Shown here in pieces: positions 9,716 to 20,930 of a stretch of DNA of 64,000 bases. The notes under the pieces were generated by a model, which saw nothing but the letters and a program-made list of their open reading frames with translations, did no database searches and was not told where the DNA came from. The translations under genes were made by a program, and so were the position numbers. The stretch spans positions 83,877-147,876 of the forward strand of contig CAWCPV010000010.1 in NCBI GenBank assembly GCA_963797555.1. Direction: 5' to 3'. This DNA is from an uncultured Gammaproteobacteria bacterium. Lineage in GTDB: Bacteria; Pseudomonadota; Gammaproteobacteria; CAWCPV01. Position 1 is the stretch's first letter. Each line of letters opens with the position of its first letter.

Positions 9716-11872
9716 CTACACGGCCTCCAGATTCGCGTAGGCGGCGACCAGCCATTTGCGGCCCGCGGTCTTGAAGTGGACCTCCAGGCGGGTGCGCGGC
9801 CCGTCGCCCTCCCGGCTCAGAATCACGCCGGTTCCGAACTTGGCGTGGCGGACCATCTGGCCCGGGGTGAGTCCGGACGGGGCCTCGCAATCTCGGGGGA
9901 GCTCGATCGGCTGGGCACGCGCCGCCCCGCCGATGCGCACGTCCTCCATGAGTTCGCGGGGGATCTCGCGCAGAAACCGGGACGGCTGAGCATAGAACTC
10001 TTGCCCGTAGAGCCGGCGCCTCTCGGCGTAGGTGAGATAAAGCTGGCGCCGCGCGCGTGTCATGCCCACGTAGCACAGCCGGCGCTCCTCCTCCAGGCGT
10101 CCCTCTTCGGCCATCGATTGGCGGTGCGGGAACAGCCCTTCCTCCATCCCGGAGATGAATACCAGCGGGAATTCCAGACCCTTCGCGGAGTGCAGGGTCA
10201 TGAGCTGCACGCAGTCCTCGAAGGGCTGCCCCTGGCCCTCGCCGGCCTCCAGAGCGGCGTGGGCGAGGAACGCCGAGAGGGGATCCATGTCCTCGGCCTG
10301 CGCCTCCATCCCCGCGAACTGACGCGCAGCGGTCACTAGCTCCTTCAGGTTCTCCACCCGTGCCCGACCTTTCTCCGTGGTGTCTTTCTGGTAGTGGGCG
10401 AGCAGCCCGCTGCGCTCCAGAACCAGCTCCACCTGCGCGGCCAGAGTCTCCCCCTGGGCGACCTGGGCGAGGCCGCCGATGAGTGCGACGAAGTGCTCGA
10501 GCGCCGCACGCGTCCGACCCGCCACGTCGCCCTGCTCGAACGCGTGCTGGACCGCCTGCCAAAGCGAGCACCCGTGACGGCGCGCCTGCTCGCGAACCGC
10601 CTCCACGCTGCGCTCCCCGATGCCCCGGGTAGGCAGGTTGACGATGCGTTCGAAGGAGGCGTCGTCCGTCCGGTTGGCCACCAATCGTAAGTAGGCCAGT
10701 GCGTCCTTGACCTCGGCACGCTCGAAGAAGCGCATGCCCCCGTACACGCGATAGGGCATCCCGCTCACGAACAATGCTTCTTCGAAGGCCCGCGACTGGG
10801 CGTTGGAGCGATAGAGGATCGCGGCGTGTTGCCGGGGATGGCCGGCCGCGATCCAGTCCTGGATCCGATCCACCACGAAGCGCGCCTCGTCGGTCTCGCT
10901 GTAAGCGGCGAAGACCTTGACCGGTTCGCCCCGCTCGCCCTCCGTCCACAGGGTCTTGCCGAATCGCGTCGGGTTGTGGGTGATGAGGCCGTTGGCGGCC
11001 GAGAGGATCACTGCGGTGGACCGGTAGTTCTGCTCCAGACGCAGTACCCGCGCGTCGGGAAAGTCCCGCGAGAAACGCAACATGTTCTCGACCCGCGCAC
11101 CGCGCCAGCTATAGATGGACTGGTCGTCGTCGCCCACGGCGAACACGCGGGTGGCCTCGCCGGCGAGCTGCCGGACCCAGGTGTACTGAAGGGCATTGGT
11201 GTCCTGAAACTCGTCCACCAGGACGTGTTGGAACCGGTTCTGATAGTGGCTCAATAGCACCGGGCTGAGGCGCAGCAGCTCGTAGCTGCGCAGCAGCAGC
11301 TCGGCGAAGTCCACCAGACCGCTGCGCCGGCAGATCTCCTCGTATGCCTGGTAGATGCGGGCCATCTGACGGCCGAAGGCGTCGTCCTGCTCGGGAACGT
11401 CCGCCGGCCGGATGCCCTCGTCCTTGCGGGCGTTGACGAACCACTGGACCTGCTTCGGCTGCCACCGGGATTCGTCCAGCTCCAAGCTCTTCAGTGCGCG
11501 GCGCACGAGCTGATACTGGTCGTCCTGGTCCAGGATCTGGAAGTCCTTGGGCAGTCCCGCATCCTGGTGATGCAGCCGCAACAGCCGGTGGGCCAGGCCG
11601 TGGAAGGTGCCCACCCACATGCCCGAGACGGACCCCCCCACCAGCTCTGCGATGCGTCCCCGCATCTCGTTGGCTGCCTTGTTGGTGAAGGTGACGGCGA
11701 GAATGTTGAACGGCGAGAGGCCCGCGGTCCGGAGCAGCCATGCGATACGGTGAGTGAGGACGCGGGTCTTGCCGCTGCCGGCGCCGGCCAGTACCAGGAT
11801 GTGCTCGGGGGGGGCTGCCACGGCCTCGCGCTGGGCCGAATTGAGGGATGCGAGCAGGGACGAGGCGTCCAT
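9716..11872 (-). CDS. uvrD: DNA helicase II
   Basis: LAGAGSGKT, TFTNKAA, VDEFQDTN, GDDDQSIY, LEQNYRS, MTLHSAKGLEF, EEERRLCYVG and C-terminal Tudor-like region. Confidence 0.96.
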   Translation of the reverse strand: MDASSLLASLNSAQREAVAAPPEHILVLAGAGSGKTRVLTHRIAWLLRTAGLSPFNILAVTFTNKAANEMRGRIAELVGGSVSGMWVGTFHGLAHRLLRLHHQDAGLPKDFQILDQDDQYQLVRRALKSLELDESRWQPKQVQWFVNARKDEGIRPADVPEQDDAFGRQMARIYQAYEEICRRSGLVDFAELLLRSYELLRLSPVLLSHYQNRFQHVLVDEFQDTNALQYTWVRQLAGEATRVFAVGDDDQSIYSWRGARVENMLRFSRDFPDARVLRLEQNYRSTAVILSAANGLITHNPTRFGKTLWTEGERGEPVKVFAAYSETDEARFVVDRIQDWIAAGHPRQHAAILYRSNAQSRAFEEALFVSGMPYRVYGGMRFFERAEVKDALAYLRLVANRTDDASFERIVNLPTRGIGERSVEAVREQARRHGCSLWQAVQHAFEQGDVAGRTRAALEHFVALIGGLAQVAQGETLAAQVELVLERSGLLAHYQKDTTEKGRARVENLKELVTAARQFAGMEAQAEDMDPLSAFLAHAALEAGEGQGQPFEDCVQLMTLHSAKGLEFPLVFISGMEEGLFPHRQSMAEEGRLEEERRLCYVGMTRARRQLYLTYAERRRLYGQEFYAQPSRFLREIPRELMEDVRIGGAARAQPIELPRDCEAPSGLTPGQMVRHAKFGTGVILSREGDGPRTRLEVHFKTAGRKWLVAAYANLEAV

Positions 11873-11888
11873 GGCGGGCATTGTACCA
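11873..11888 (-). promoter_or_regulatory. Extended -10 element directly upstream of uvrD (leaderless candidate)
   Basis: Minus strand TGGTACAAT, then 7 nt (GCCCGCC), then ATG; no SD sequence. Confidence 0.55.
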
Positions 11889-12393
11889 GACGCGCTTTCG
11901 GCGTCGGAGCCGGTGCGTTCGCGGGCGCGCCGGGCGCTGCTATAGACCCAGATCTGCCCAGAGGGCGTCGACGCGGGGTTTCACCTGCCAAATCATGCGG
12001 ATGGGCGCGCCCACCGCCGCTCCGTCTCGCCGGGCCACTTGTTCGTCGCGTCGAGCCGATCTTCCCGCCCAGCCCCGACACGGACTCGTCGTCGGTGACG
12101 ACGACGAGCTTGGTATACATGAACTGACGCAGGGAGCTTCGGACCCGAAGATCAGCCGCTTGGCGTGCCCAGGATAGTGCTTGCGCATGCTGAGGCACGC
12201 GAGGCGGTATGGAAGGCTGTAGCATACCGGCCAGACTCGGCCGTGGCGGGACCGCGGCTCTCTGGGCACTCTCTCGCCCAGTGTCGTTGCTGCGCAGCTA
12301 TACTTGTGTGGCCTGTGGGTGCCACTATCCGCTTCGCCGTGACCCTAGGCGCCAGGGTTGCCCCGGGGTTCGGCCGGCAGCACGAGCCGCTGA

Positions 12394-15300
12394 TTGACAG
12401 GTGATGCGAATTTGGAGCTTCGCGAGAACCGCGCCAACCGCCGCGCGCCCCTGATTTGGGCGGGTGTCGCCGCTGGGGTCGCCTTTTGGTTGGCGGACTC
12501 CGCAGTGGACGCCGCGTTGTTTGGTCACGCGACGTTTCTGCAGAGCCTGCTGGCCCCGGGAGCCCGCGAGCTGCACATGCGGCTCTTGGTGCTCGGGCTC
12601 GCAGTCGCGCTCGGCGCGCGCACACGGGTGCTATGCGCCAGGGCGGCCGAGCCTGCGCAGACGGACCGATCCCGCGAAGTTCGATACGAGCGAATCCTGA
12701 ACGCTGCGGGCGAGGGGCTGATCGCCCTCGGTCCCGACGGCAGCGTGGTGCTGGGAAATCCGGCTGCTGCCCGCCTGCTGGGCTATGCGCCCGGCGCCCT
12801 GCAGGGCATGCACCAGCACGAGATCATCTGCGACCCCGGTGCCGCCAATCCCCGGCCCTCTCTCCACCAGCTCTGCACGGTGTGCCTGCCGCTGACGCGC
12901 GATGGCTCACCGGCGGTCGGAGAGGCCGAGCTGCGCCGGGCGGATGGCAGCGTGTTTCGCGCCGGCTTCGTGAGCACCCCGGTTCTGGACGGCGATCGGC
13001 TGGACGGCGCCGTGGTGTGCTTTCGAGAGCGCGCGGAACGGACGGTTACGGAGCGGCGCAGCGCGCGGCTGAACCGGCTGCTGGCGCTGGTCAGCGCAGT
13101 GAACAGGCTCATAGTGCGTGCCCGCGAGCGGCAGGGGCTGCTGGAAGCGGTATGTCGCAGCGCCGCCGATGCGGGGGGATTTGCGCTGGCGTGGGCCGGC
13201 CTAGTGGACCCTGAGAGCGGCGCCCTGAGACTCGGCCCGCATAGTGGCGGGGGCGACGCGGACGCGAGGGTCGCCCTCGTGCGGCAGTTCTTGGAGCAAT
13301 CCAACGGTCCGCTGCAGCGCGTGATCGGGGAAGGCGTGCGCGTCGTCTGCAACGACCCGCTGCGGGCGTTCCCCAATCCCCCCTGGGCACGACCGGCGCT
13401 GGAGGTCGACCTCAGATCGTGCGCACTATTGCCGTTACGCTGCGGGCGGCGCCTGGTGGGGCTGCTCGCGCTGTATGCCGCGGAGGCGGACTACTTCGAA
13501 GAGGACGCGGTCGAGCTCTTGGACGGGCTGGCCGAGGACGTTCTCGTTCGCGCTGCTGGCGATCGAGCAGGAAGAGCATCGCCAGCGTGCCGAAGAGGCG
13601 CTGGAGCAGTTGAGCCGCCAACACGAGCGGATGCTGCGCGCCGCAGGCGAGGGGATCTTCGGCCTCGATGGTGAAGGCCACACCTCCTTTGCCAACCCGG
13701 CGGCAGCGCGCATGCTGGGTTACGAGGTGGCGGAGCTGCTCGGGCGCCCTCAGCATCAGCTGGTCCACCACACGCGGGCCGACGGCAGTCCCTATCCCCA
13801 GGAGGACTGCCCCATCTTCGGGGCGGTGACCGACGGGACGGTCCATCAGGGAGAAGACGAGGTTTTCTGGCGCAAGGACGGCACCAGCTTCCCCGTGGAG
13901 TACGTGAGCACGCCCACGGTGGAGGATGGGCGGCTCGTGGGAGCGGTGGTGGCATTCCGGGACATCACGGCGCGTCGCATGGCGGAGGAGGCGCTGCGCG
14001 AGAGCGAGGAGCTCTATCGGACCCTCGCGGAGGCGATGCGCGACCAGATCTTCATCATCGACCGCGCGGGCCAGGTCCGTTACGTCAACAGCTATGCCGC
14101 CACCCAGTTCGGCTGTGAGCCTGGGGATATCATCGGGAGGCGCCAGGCGGACCTCTTTCCGCCAGAGGTGGCCCAGAGCCACCAGATGAGCCTGCAGCGG
14201 GTATTCGACGGTGGGGAACCCATCTACGTGGAGGGCCGCAACGTGTTCCCCCGAGGAGAGGTCTGGCTGGGGACCTGGCTCGCGCCCATCCGTGACGGTC
14301 GGGGGCGCGTCGAGGCGGTGATGGGAGTGTCACGGGACATCACCGACCGCAAGCGGGCCGAAGAGCAACTATTGCACGATGCCTTCCACGACGCTCTCAC
14401 GGACCTGCCCAACCGCGCACTGTTCATGGACCGGCTGGGCCGTGCGGTCGAACGCCTGAAACGTCATCGCGAGGGTTGCCTTGCGGTGCTGTTCCTGGAC
14501 CTGGATGGCTTCAAGGTCATCAACGACAGCCTCGGGCACGCCATCGGGGATCAGCTTCTGGTCGGAACAGCGCGCCGTCTGCAGGCCTGCCTGCGCACCG
14601 AGGATACCGTGGCGCGTCTCGGTGGCGACGAGTTCGCAGTGCTGCTGGACGACATGCGGCACATCACCGAGGCGACGCGTGTGAGCGAGCGTATCCAGAA
14701 GGAACTGGGTCACCCTTTCGTAATCAGCGGGCACGAGGTGTTCGCGCCCGCCAGCATCGGAATCGCGATGAGCGCGACCGGGGACGAGTCCCCCGAGGAC
14801 TTGCTGCGCGATGCGGATACCGCCATGTATCGGGCCAAGGCGCTGGGGAAGGGGCGCTATGAGGTGTTCGACCCGGCCATGCACCTTCGTGCCGTGACCC
14901 GGTTGCAGGTCGAGACCGACCTGCGGAGGGCGGTGGAGCGCGAAGAGTTCCGGCTTCACTATCAGCCCATCATCGCGCTCGATGGCGGACACGTGTTCGC
15001 GGTCGAGGCTCTGGTGCGCTGGCAGCATCCCACGCGCGGCCTGGTGCCTCCGCTGGAGTTCATCCCGGTGGCGGAGGAGACGGGGCTCATCGTGCCGCTG
15101 GGTGAGTGGGTGCTGCGCGAGGCTTGCCGACAGATGTGGCGTTGGGAGCAGGAGCTGGGTGCCTTGGCCCCCCACATGATGAGCGTGAACCTCTCGAGCA
15201 AGCAGTTCATGCAGCATGACCTCATCGACAAGGTCAAGGGAATCCTCGGCGAGACCGGCATGGACCCTCAGCGGCTGGGTCTGGAGCTGACCGAGAGCGT

Positions 15301-15679
15301 GGTCATGGAGAACGCGGACTCGACCACGGTCATGCTCACTCAGCTCACCGAGCTGCACATCCACCTGTCCATCGACGACTTCGGCACCGGCTACTCGTCG
15401 CTCAGCTACCTGCACCGCTTCCCCATCGAAACTCTCAAGATCGACCGCTCGTTCATTACGCGCATGGGCACCCAGGGCGAGAATTTGGAGATCGTTCGCA
15501 CCATCCTCACCCTGGCCCACAGCCTGGGTATGACCGTGGTGGCCGAGGGCGTGGAGACCGCGGAGCAGCTCAGGCAGCTCAAGGACCTCGGCTGCGAGTA
15601 CGCGCAGGGCTATCTGTTCTCTCGTCCGGTGGACGGCGACGCTGCGGCGGTCTTGATCAAGGGCGGTCCCCGGTGGTGA
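12394..15679 (+). CDS. Membrane-anchored PAS-GAF-PAS-PAS-GGDEF-EAL c-di-GMP enzyme, split by a frameshift at ~13541
   Basis: Two N-terminal hydrophobic segments, then PAS and GAF in ORF 12394..13674; PAS, PAS, RTED/GGDEF, EAL, DDFGTGYSS, EGVE in ORF 13475..15679. Removing one T at 13541-13542 restores ..LAEDVSFAL.. (~1094 aa). Start uncertain. Confidence 0.88.
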
Positions 15680-15698
15680 ATAGCGGGTGCGTCGAGCG

Positions 15699-16247
15699 AT
15701 GGAGCCCAGACTTCTGAAGATCGCGCGGCTCGGTCACCCGGCCCTCCGGCGGGCGGCCGACCCGGTCCTGGCGGAAGACCTCGGGTCGAGACCGGTGCAG
15801 GAGCTGATCGATGACATGGTAGAGACCATGCGCGACGCAGACGGCGTGGGTATCGCCGCTCCCCAGGTGCACGTGTCCAGGCGGATCATCGTGATCGAGG
15901 TCAGTCCAGCCAGTGCGCGCTATCCGGGACAGGCGGCGGTGCCGCTCACCATCATAGTCAATCCGCACATCGTGTCTCATTCCCAGGAGCTGGAAGAGGG
16001 CTGGGAAGGTTGCCTCAGCGTCCCGGATCTGCGCGGCCGTGTGCCTCGCTGGTCAGCCGTGGAGGTGCAAGGCGTGGATCGCCGCGGTACCCCGCTGCGG
16101 CTGCAAGCTCGGGGATTCTTGGCCCGGGTCATACAGCACGAAGTGGATCACCTGGACGGTCGCCTCTACCTCGACCGGCTCCCCGACCTCAGCAGCCTGA
16201 CCCATCTGCGGGAGTTCCAACGCTATTGGGCGGAGCCGCCGGATTGA
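15699..16247 (+). CDS. def: Peptide deformylase
   Basis: GVGIAAPQ, EGCLS, QHEVDHLDG motifs. Confidence 0.93.
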   Translation: MEPRLLKIARLGHPALRRAADPVLAEDLGSRPVQELIDDMVETMRDADGVGIAAPQVHVSRRIIVIEVSPASARYPGQAAVPLTIIVNPHIVSHSQELEEGWEGCLSVPDLRGRVPRWSAVEVQGVDRRGTPLRLQARGFLARVIQHEVDHLDGRLYLDRLPDLSSLTHLREFQRYWAEPPD

Positions 16248-16293
16248 AGCACTCCGCTCGGGATCTGTCCACAGGCAGGCATTCGGCGCCGCT

Positions 16294-18078
16294 ATGAGCA
16301 TACAAACTATCCGCGATGCTACCGGGCTCGATCTGGACAGGCCCGTGCAGTTGGACGAGCGCATCTGGTGGGTCGGCCACTATCAGGAGAACGATGTCTT
16401 CCAATGCCACGTTTATCTCATCGAGCAGGGTGATCAGTCGGTCCTGCTCGACCCAGGGTCCCGGCTGACATTCCGGCACACCCTGGGCAAAGTCGAGCAG
16501 ATCATCCCGTTCAGTCACATCCGCTACTTCGTCTGTCATCACCAGGACCCGGACATCACCGCCGCGCTGCCTCTCATCGACGAGATGGTGAGTCGGGACG
16601 ATGCCGTGCTGGTCACCCACTGGCGCGCACGCATGCTGCTCAAGCATTACGGGTTGCGCTTGCCTTTCTGGCTGGTGGAAGAGCACGAGTGGGAGCTGCC
16701 TCTGCAGGATCGGCTGCTGCGCTTCATCTTCACGCCGTATGCCCATTTCCCCGGGGCCTTCTGCACCTTCGATACTGCGTCGCAGATCCTCTTCTCGAGC
16801 GACCTGTTCGGCGGTCTGACAGAGGAGTTCTCCCTGGTGGCCAAGGATGAGGGGTACTTCGACGCCCTGCGTCTGTTCCACGAGCACTATATGCCGAGCC
16901 GGGACATCCTGGGCTACGCCCTGGCGAAGATCCAGGAACATCCGGTACGGCTCATCGCTCCCCAGCACGGCTCCATCCTGACCGGCTCCCTGGTGGGTCA
17001 GATGATCGACAGGCTGAAGGGCCTGGAGTGCGGGTTGTACCTGATGGCCAGAGGCAGCACGGACATCCACCGCCTGTCGCAGATCAACCGCGCCCTGCGC
17101 GAGATCACCGAGGCCATGATGCTGTATCGGGACTTCAGCGATATCGCCGAGCGGCTGCTGCACATCGCGCAACGGTCTCTCCCCGCCGAGGGGCTGGAGT
17201 TCTACCTGCGTCTGGACGACGGCAGTCTGCTGCATCTGGCCCCTGAGAGCGGCTACCGGGGCTTGCCTGCGACCCCCGATGCGGCGGTCGCGGAGATCCT
17301 CGTCGCCGATCGGACCAGATGGTTGGAGGCTCACCCCGGAGGCATCAGCCAAATCAATGCTGCCGGGCCCGACAGCGACGCCCGATGGCAACTGCGTTTC
17401 CCGCTCTTCGGCCCTGCCCAGAGCACGGTGCGCGGCCTTGCCATCCTGCGCCTCAGGGAGGCGGTGCCGCCCGGCGATGACTTCCTGCAGGTGGTGGACC
17501 AGATGCAGGTCCCGCTCCAGATGGCGGTGGAGCGAGAGGCCATGTACCGGCTCATGGACATGGAGCGCCAGCGCTTCTACGAGACCTCCATTCGGGACCC
17601 CCTGACCGGGCTGTTTACCCGCTTCTACATGCACGACGTGGTGCAGCGGCTGTGCAGCCTTCAGGACCGTGACCCGAACGCCACGCTCGGCGTCGCTATG
17701 ACCGATGTCGACCATTTCAAGCGCGTCAACGACCGCTACGGCCACCACCAGGGCGATGAAGTGCTGCGCGCTGTGGCCCGCATTCTGAGGGAGCGGGCAC
17801 GGGGCAGCGACCTGGCGGTGCGCTTGGGGGGTGAAGAGTTCGCCATCTTCGTCGTGGGCGAGTCGGCGCCGAGGATTGGCGAGCTGAGCGAGCGCATACG
17901 CCATCAGGTCGCGGGCCTGCGGCTCGACGGGCCGATGGCCGATAAGAGCGTGACCGTCAGCGTCGGGACTGCCCTGAGGCGCCGGGGCGAGCCACTCGCC
18001 GCTTTCATGGAGCGGGCCGACGCCGCCCTGTATGAGGCCAAACGGGCCGGCCGCAACCGCGTCTGCGCGGCGCCGTGA
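16294..18078 (+). CDS. Diguanylate cyclase with N-terminal metallo-beta-lactamase-fold (ODP/FprA-like di-iron) sensor
   Basis: LLDPG, HHQDPD, AHFPG, LFSSDLFG, FHEHYM, IAPQHG in the N-terminal domain; C-terminal DPLTGL, DVDHFKRVNDRYGH, RGSD I-site, GGEEF. Confidence 0.88.
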   Translation: MSIQTIRDATGLDLDRPVQLDERIWWVGHYQENDVFQCHVYLIEQGDQSVLLDPGSRLTFRHTLGKVEQIIPFSHIRYFVCHHQDPDITAALPLIDEMVSRDDAVLVTHWRARMLLKHYGLRLPFWLVEEHEWELPLQDRLLRFIFTPYAHFPGAFCTFDTASQILFSSDLFGGLTEEFSLVAKDEGYFDALRLFHEHYMPSRDILGYALAKIQEHPVRLIAPQHGSILTGSLVGQMIDRLKGLECGLYLMARGSTDIHRLSQINRALREITEAMMLYRDFSDIAERLLHIAQRSLPAEGLEFYLRLDDGSLLHLAPESGYRGLPATPDAAVAEILVADRTRWLEAHPGGISQINAAGPDSDARWQLRFPLFGPAQSTVRGLAILRLREAVPPGDDFLQVVDQMQVPLQMAVEREAMYRLMDMERQRFYETSIRDPLTGLFTRFYMHDVVQRLCSLQDRDPNATLGVAMTDVDHFKRVNDRYGHHQGDEVLRAVARILRERARGSDLAVRLGGEEFAIFVVGESAPRIGELSERIRHQVAGLRLDGPMADKSVTVSVGTALRRRGEPLAAFMERADAALYEAKRAGRNRVCAAP

Positions 18079-18572
18079 GCGCAGCCCGCCATGGCAGCTC
18101 GACCTCGATCCACGCGCGGTCCGGCGTGTGGGTCCGGCTCCTCGATGTTTCCACTGGCGGCGATGCGGTGCAGATCCGGTAAGAGGGGTGCGGTTGTCGG
18201 GGATGTCGGGCTGCGGGCACCGCCGCGCCGCCCGGGCACACACGGCCTTCCTGCGTACCATCCGAATCCACAGCACTGTTCCCGGAGAGGCCCGCCCGGC
18301 CGGCTACCGTGGGCGGCGGAGAGAGGGCGGCGCCGCGATCTCGTGTAACATAGAGCCATAAGCGTCGCTATCCGATGCGACGCACGGGATGCGGTGTCGC
18401 TCCCGATCGCTGTGCCGGCGCACCTCTCGTAGCCACTGCCATAGTCGCCCCATGAGGACTGGAATGCCAATGCCGCCTGTCGAGGGCGGCTGCGGATCTC
18501 GCCGTCGGCAACCGCGCCGCCCCGTCTGAGCCTCGAGGAATTCTGGGCGTAAAGGATTCACCACCAGACCGC

Positions 18573-20918
18573 ATGTCGGGCAGCAGACCTAAACCCCGCA
18601 AAGCAGAGCCTGGGCGACGCCGGAGACGGCGTGGTCGACGTGTCGGCGTGACGCTGTGGCTGCTGCTGGTGGGCGTGGTGCTCGTGGTGGCGGCCGGCGG
18701 ATACGTGTGGGAGCTGGACCGCGAGATCCGCGCTCAGTTCGAGGGCAAGCGATGGGCATTGCCCACGCGGGTCTATGCCCGGCCTCTGGAGATCTACGCC
18801 GGGGCGCGGCTGACTCCGGAACAGTTCGCGGCGGAGCTGGACGGGCTGCGCTACCGCAGTACCCCGCGGGTCGAGGAGCCCGGCACGTTCAGCCGCAAGG
18901 GCAGCGCGTTCGATGTTGCCACGCGCCCGTTCACGTTTTGGGACGGCAGGGAGCCGGTGCATCGCGTCCACGTAGACTTCACCCGCGATCGCCTGGCGGA
19001 TCTGCAGAGCCTGGACGGGTCCGGGGAGGTGGGTCTGGTGCGCCTGGACCCCATGTTCATCGCCGGCATCTACCCCGCCCGCAACGAGGACCGCATCCTC
19101 CTGAAGCGCCAAGAGCTGCCGCCGCTCCTGGTGGATACCTTGCTCGCCGCGGAGGACCGGAAGTTCTACAAGCACTCCGGCATCGATCCCCGGGGGGTCC
19201 TGCGGGCCATCCTCGCCAACCTGCGGGCCGGCAGGACGGTGCAAGGGGGCAGCACCCTGACGCAGCAGCTCGTCAAGAACTACTTCCTCACCAACGAGCG
19301 CACCCTGACCCGCAAGATCAACGAGATGATCATGGCCACGCTGCTGGAGCTGCACTATAGCAAAGACGAGATCCTCGAAGCGTACGCCAACGAAGTCTAT
19401 CTGGGTCAGGACGGTCAGCGGGCCATCCACGGCTTCGGACTGGCGAGCCGCTTCTATTTCGACCGCTCGTTGAGTGAGCTTAAGGTGAACCATGTCGCAC
19501 TGCTGGTCGGGTTGGTGCGAGGACCGTCGTATTACGATCCGCGGCGCCACCCGGACCGCGCCCGGCAGCGTCGGCGTCTGATCCTGGAGGTCATGCTAGA
19601 ACGCGGGCTCATCAGCCGGGAGGACGCCGAGCGGGCCAATCGCGAGCCGCTCGATGTATCGCCCAAACCACTGAGCGGGGTCACCGGATATCCGGCCTTC
19701 CTGGATCTCGTGCGGCGCCAACTACACCGCGATTACCGCGAGGAAGACCTGCAATCCGAGGGCCTGCAGGTCTTTACGACTCTGGACCCGCGCATACAAT
19801 CCGCGGTCGAGAAGGCCATTCAGGCGGAGCTGCCGTCCCTCGAACGGCGGGCGCGTCTCAAGCCGGACTCCCTGCAAGCCTGTGCGGTCTTTACGGATAC
19901 GCAAGGGGGCGAAGTGCTGGCGCTGGTGGGTGGCCGGGACGGCGAGCTGGCCGGCTTCAATCGGGCGCTGGACGCGCGCCGCCCGATCGGCTCGCTGGTC
20001 AAGCCGGCAATCTACCTGACGGCGCTCGAACGGCCCTCCCGATACACCCTCGCTACTCCGCTGGAGGACGCCCCCCTGACCTACACGGCGAGCAACGGTC
20101 AGCAGTGGTCCCCCGAGAACTACGACCGCCGCTTCCATGGCACGGTCCTTCTGGAGGATGCCCTGGCGAACTCCTACAATGTTCCCACGGTGCGCCTGGG
20201 TCTGGATCTCGGGGTACCGGATGTGGTCAAGACACTGCACAGACTGGGGGTGGAAGGTGACCTGAATCCTTACCCCTCGCTTCTACTCGGAGCCATCGAG
20301 CTGACACCGCTCGAGGTCGCGACGATGTACGAGACGATCGCGAGCGGCGGGTATCGAACGCCGTTGCGTGCCATCCGCGAAGTGACCGCCGCGGATGGGA
20401 CACCCTTGTCCCGCTATCCTCTGACCGTCACTACGGCGATTCAGCCGGGTCCGGCCTATCTTCTGACACGCGCGCTGCAGTCCGTGGTCACCGAAGGGAC
20501 TGCTCGGGCCCTTGCCCAGAAGGTGCCGGCCGATTGGCATGTAGCGGGAAAGACGGGGACCACCGACGAGCTACGGGATAGCTGGTTCGCGGGCTTTGCC
20601 GGTGACGTCTTGGGTGTCCTCTGGGTGGGGCAGGACGACGATTCCCCGACCGGGCTGAGCGGTGCAACCGGTGCACTGCGTCTTTGGGCGGACAGCGTAC
20701 GGGGGTTGAACCTGGCTCCGCTGGAGCCGGTACCGCCCAGCGCGGTGGAGCGGGTGCTGATCGATGCGGATACCGGTTTGCGGGCCGATAATACCTGCCT
20801 TGGAGCCAGGGTCATGCCGTTCCTGGTCGGCACCGCCCCGCAGCGCTCGGCGCCGTGCGTAACCCCGTGGCGCGCCACGGGCACGTTTGGCCACGGGTCC
20901 TCCAGGGAAATGTTTTGA
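18573..20918 (+). CDS. mrcB: Penicillin-binding protein 1B
   Basis: TM anchor, UB2H-like region, transglycosylase motifs EDRKFY/GGSTLTQQLVKN/RKINE, transpeptidase motifs SLVK, SYN, KTG. Confidence 0.95.
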   Translation: MSGSRPKPRKAEPGRRRRRRGRRVGVTLWLLLVGVVLVVAAGGYVWELDREIRAQFEGKRWALPTRVYARPLEIYAGARLTPEQFAAELDGLRYRSTPRVEEPGTFSRKGSAFDVATRPFTFWDGREPVHRVHVDFTRDRLADLQSLDGSGEVGLVRLDPMFIAGIYPARNEDRILLKRQELPPLLVDTLLAAEDRKFYKHSGIDPRGVLRAILANLRAGRTVQGGSTLTQQLVKNYFLTNERTLTRKINEMIMATLLELHYSKDEILEAYANEVYLGQDGQRAIHGFGLASRFYFDRSLSELKVNHVALLVGLVRGPSYYDPRRHPDRARQRRRLILEVMLERGLISREDAERANREPLDVSPKPLSGVTGYPAFLDLVRRQLHRDYREEDLQSEGLQVFTTLDPRIQSAVEKAIQAELPSLERRARLKPDSLQACAVFTDTQGGEVLALVGGRDGELAGFNRALDARRPIGSLVKPAIYLTALERPSRYTLATPLEDAPLTYTASNGQQWSPENYDRRFHGTVLLEDALANSYNVPTVRLGLDLGVPDVVKTLHRLGVEGDLNPYPSLLLGAIELTPLEVATMYETIASGGYRTPLRAIREVTAADGTPLSRYPLTVTTAIQPGPAYLLTRALQSVVTEGTARALAQKVPADWHVAGKTGTTDELRDSWFAGFAGDVLGVLWVGQDDDSPTGLSGATGALRLWADSVRGLNLAPLEPVPPSAVERVLIDADTGLRADNTCLGARVMPFLVGTAPQRSAPCVTPWRATGTFGHGSSREMF

Positions 20919-20930
20919 CAGGAGTTGGGG

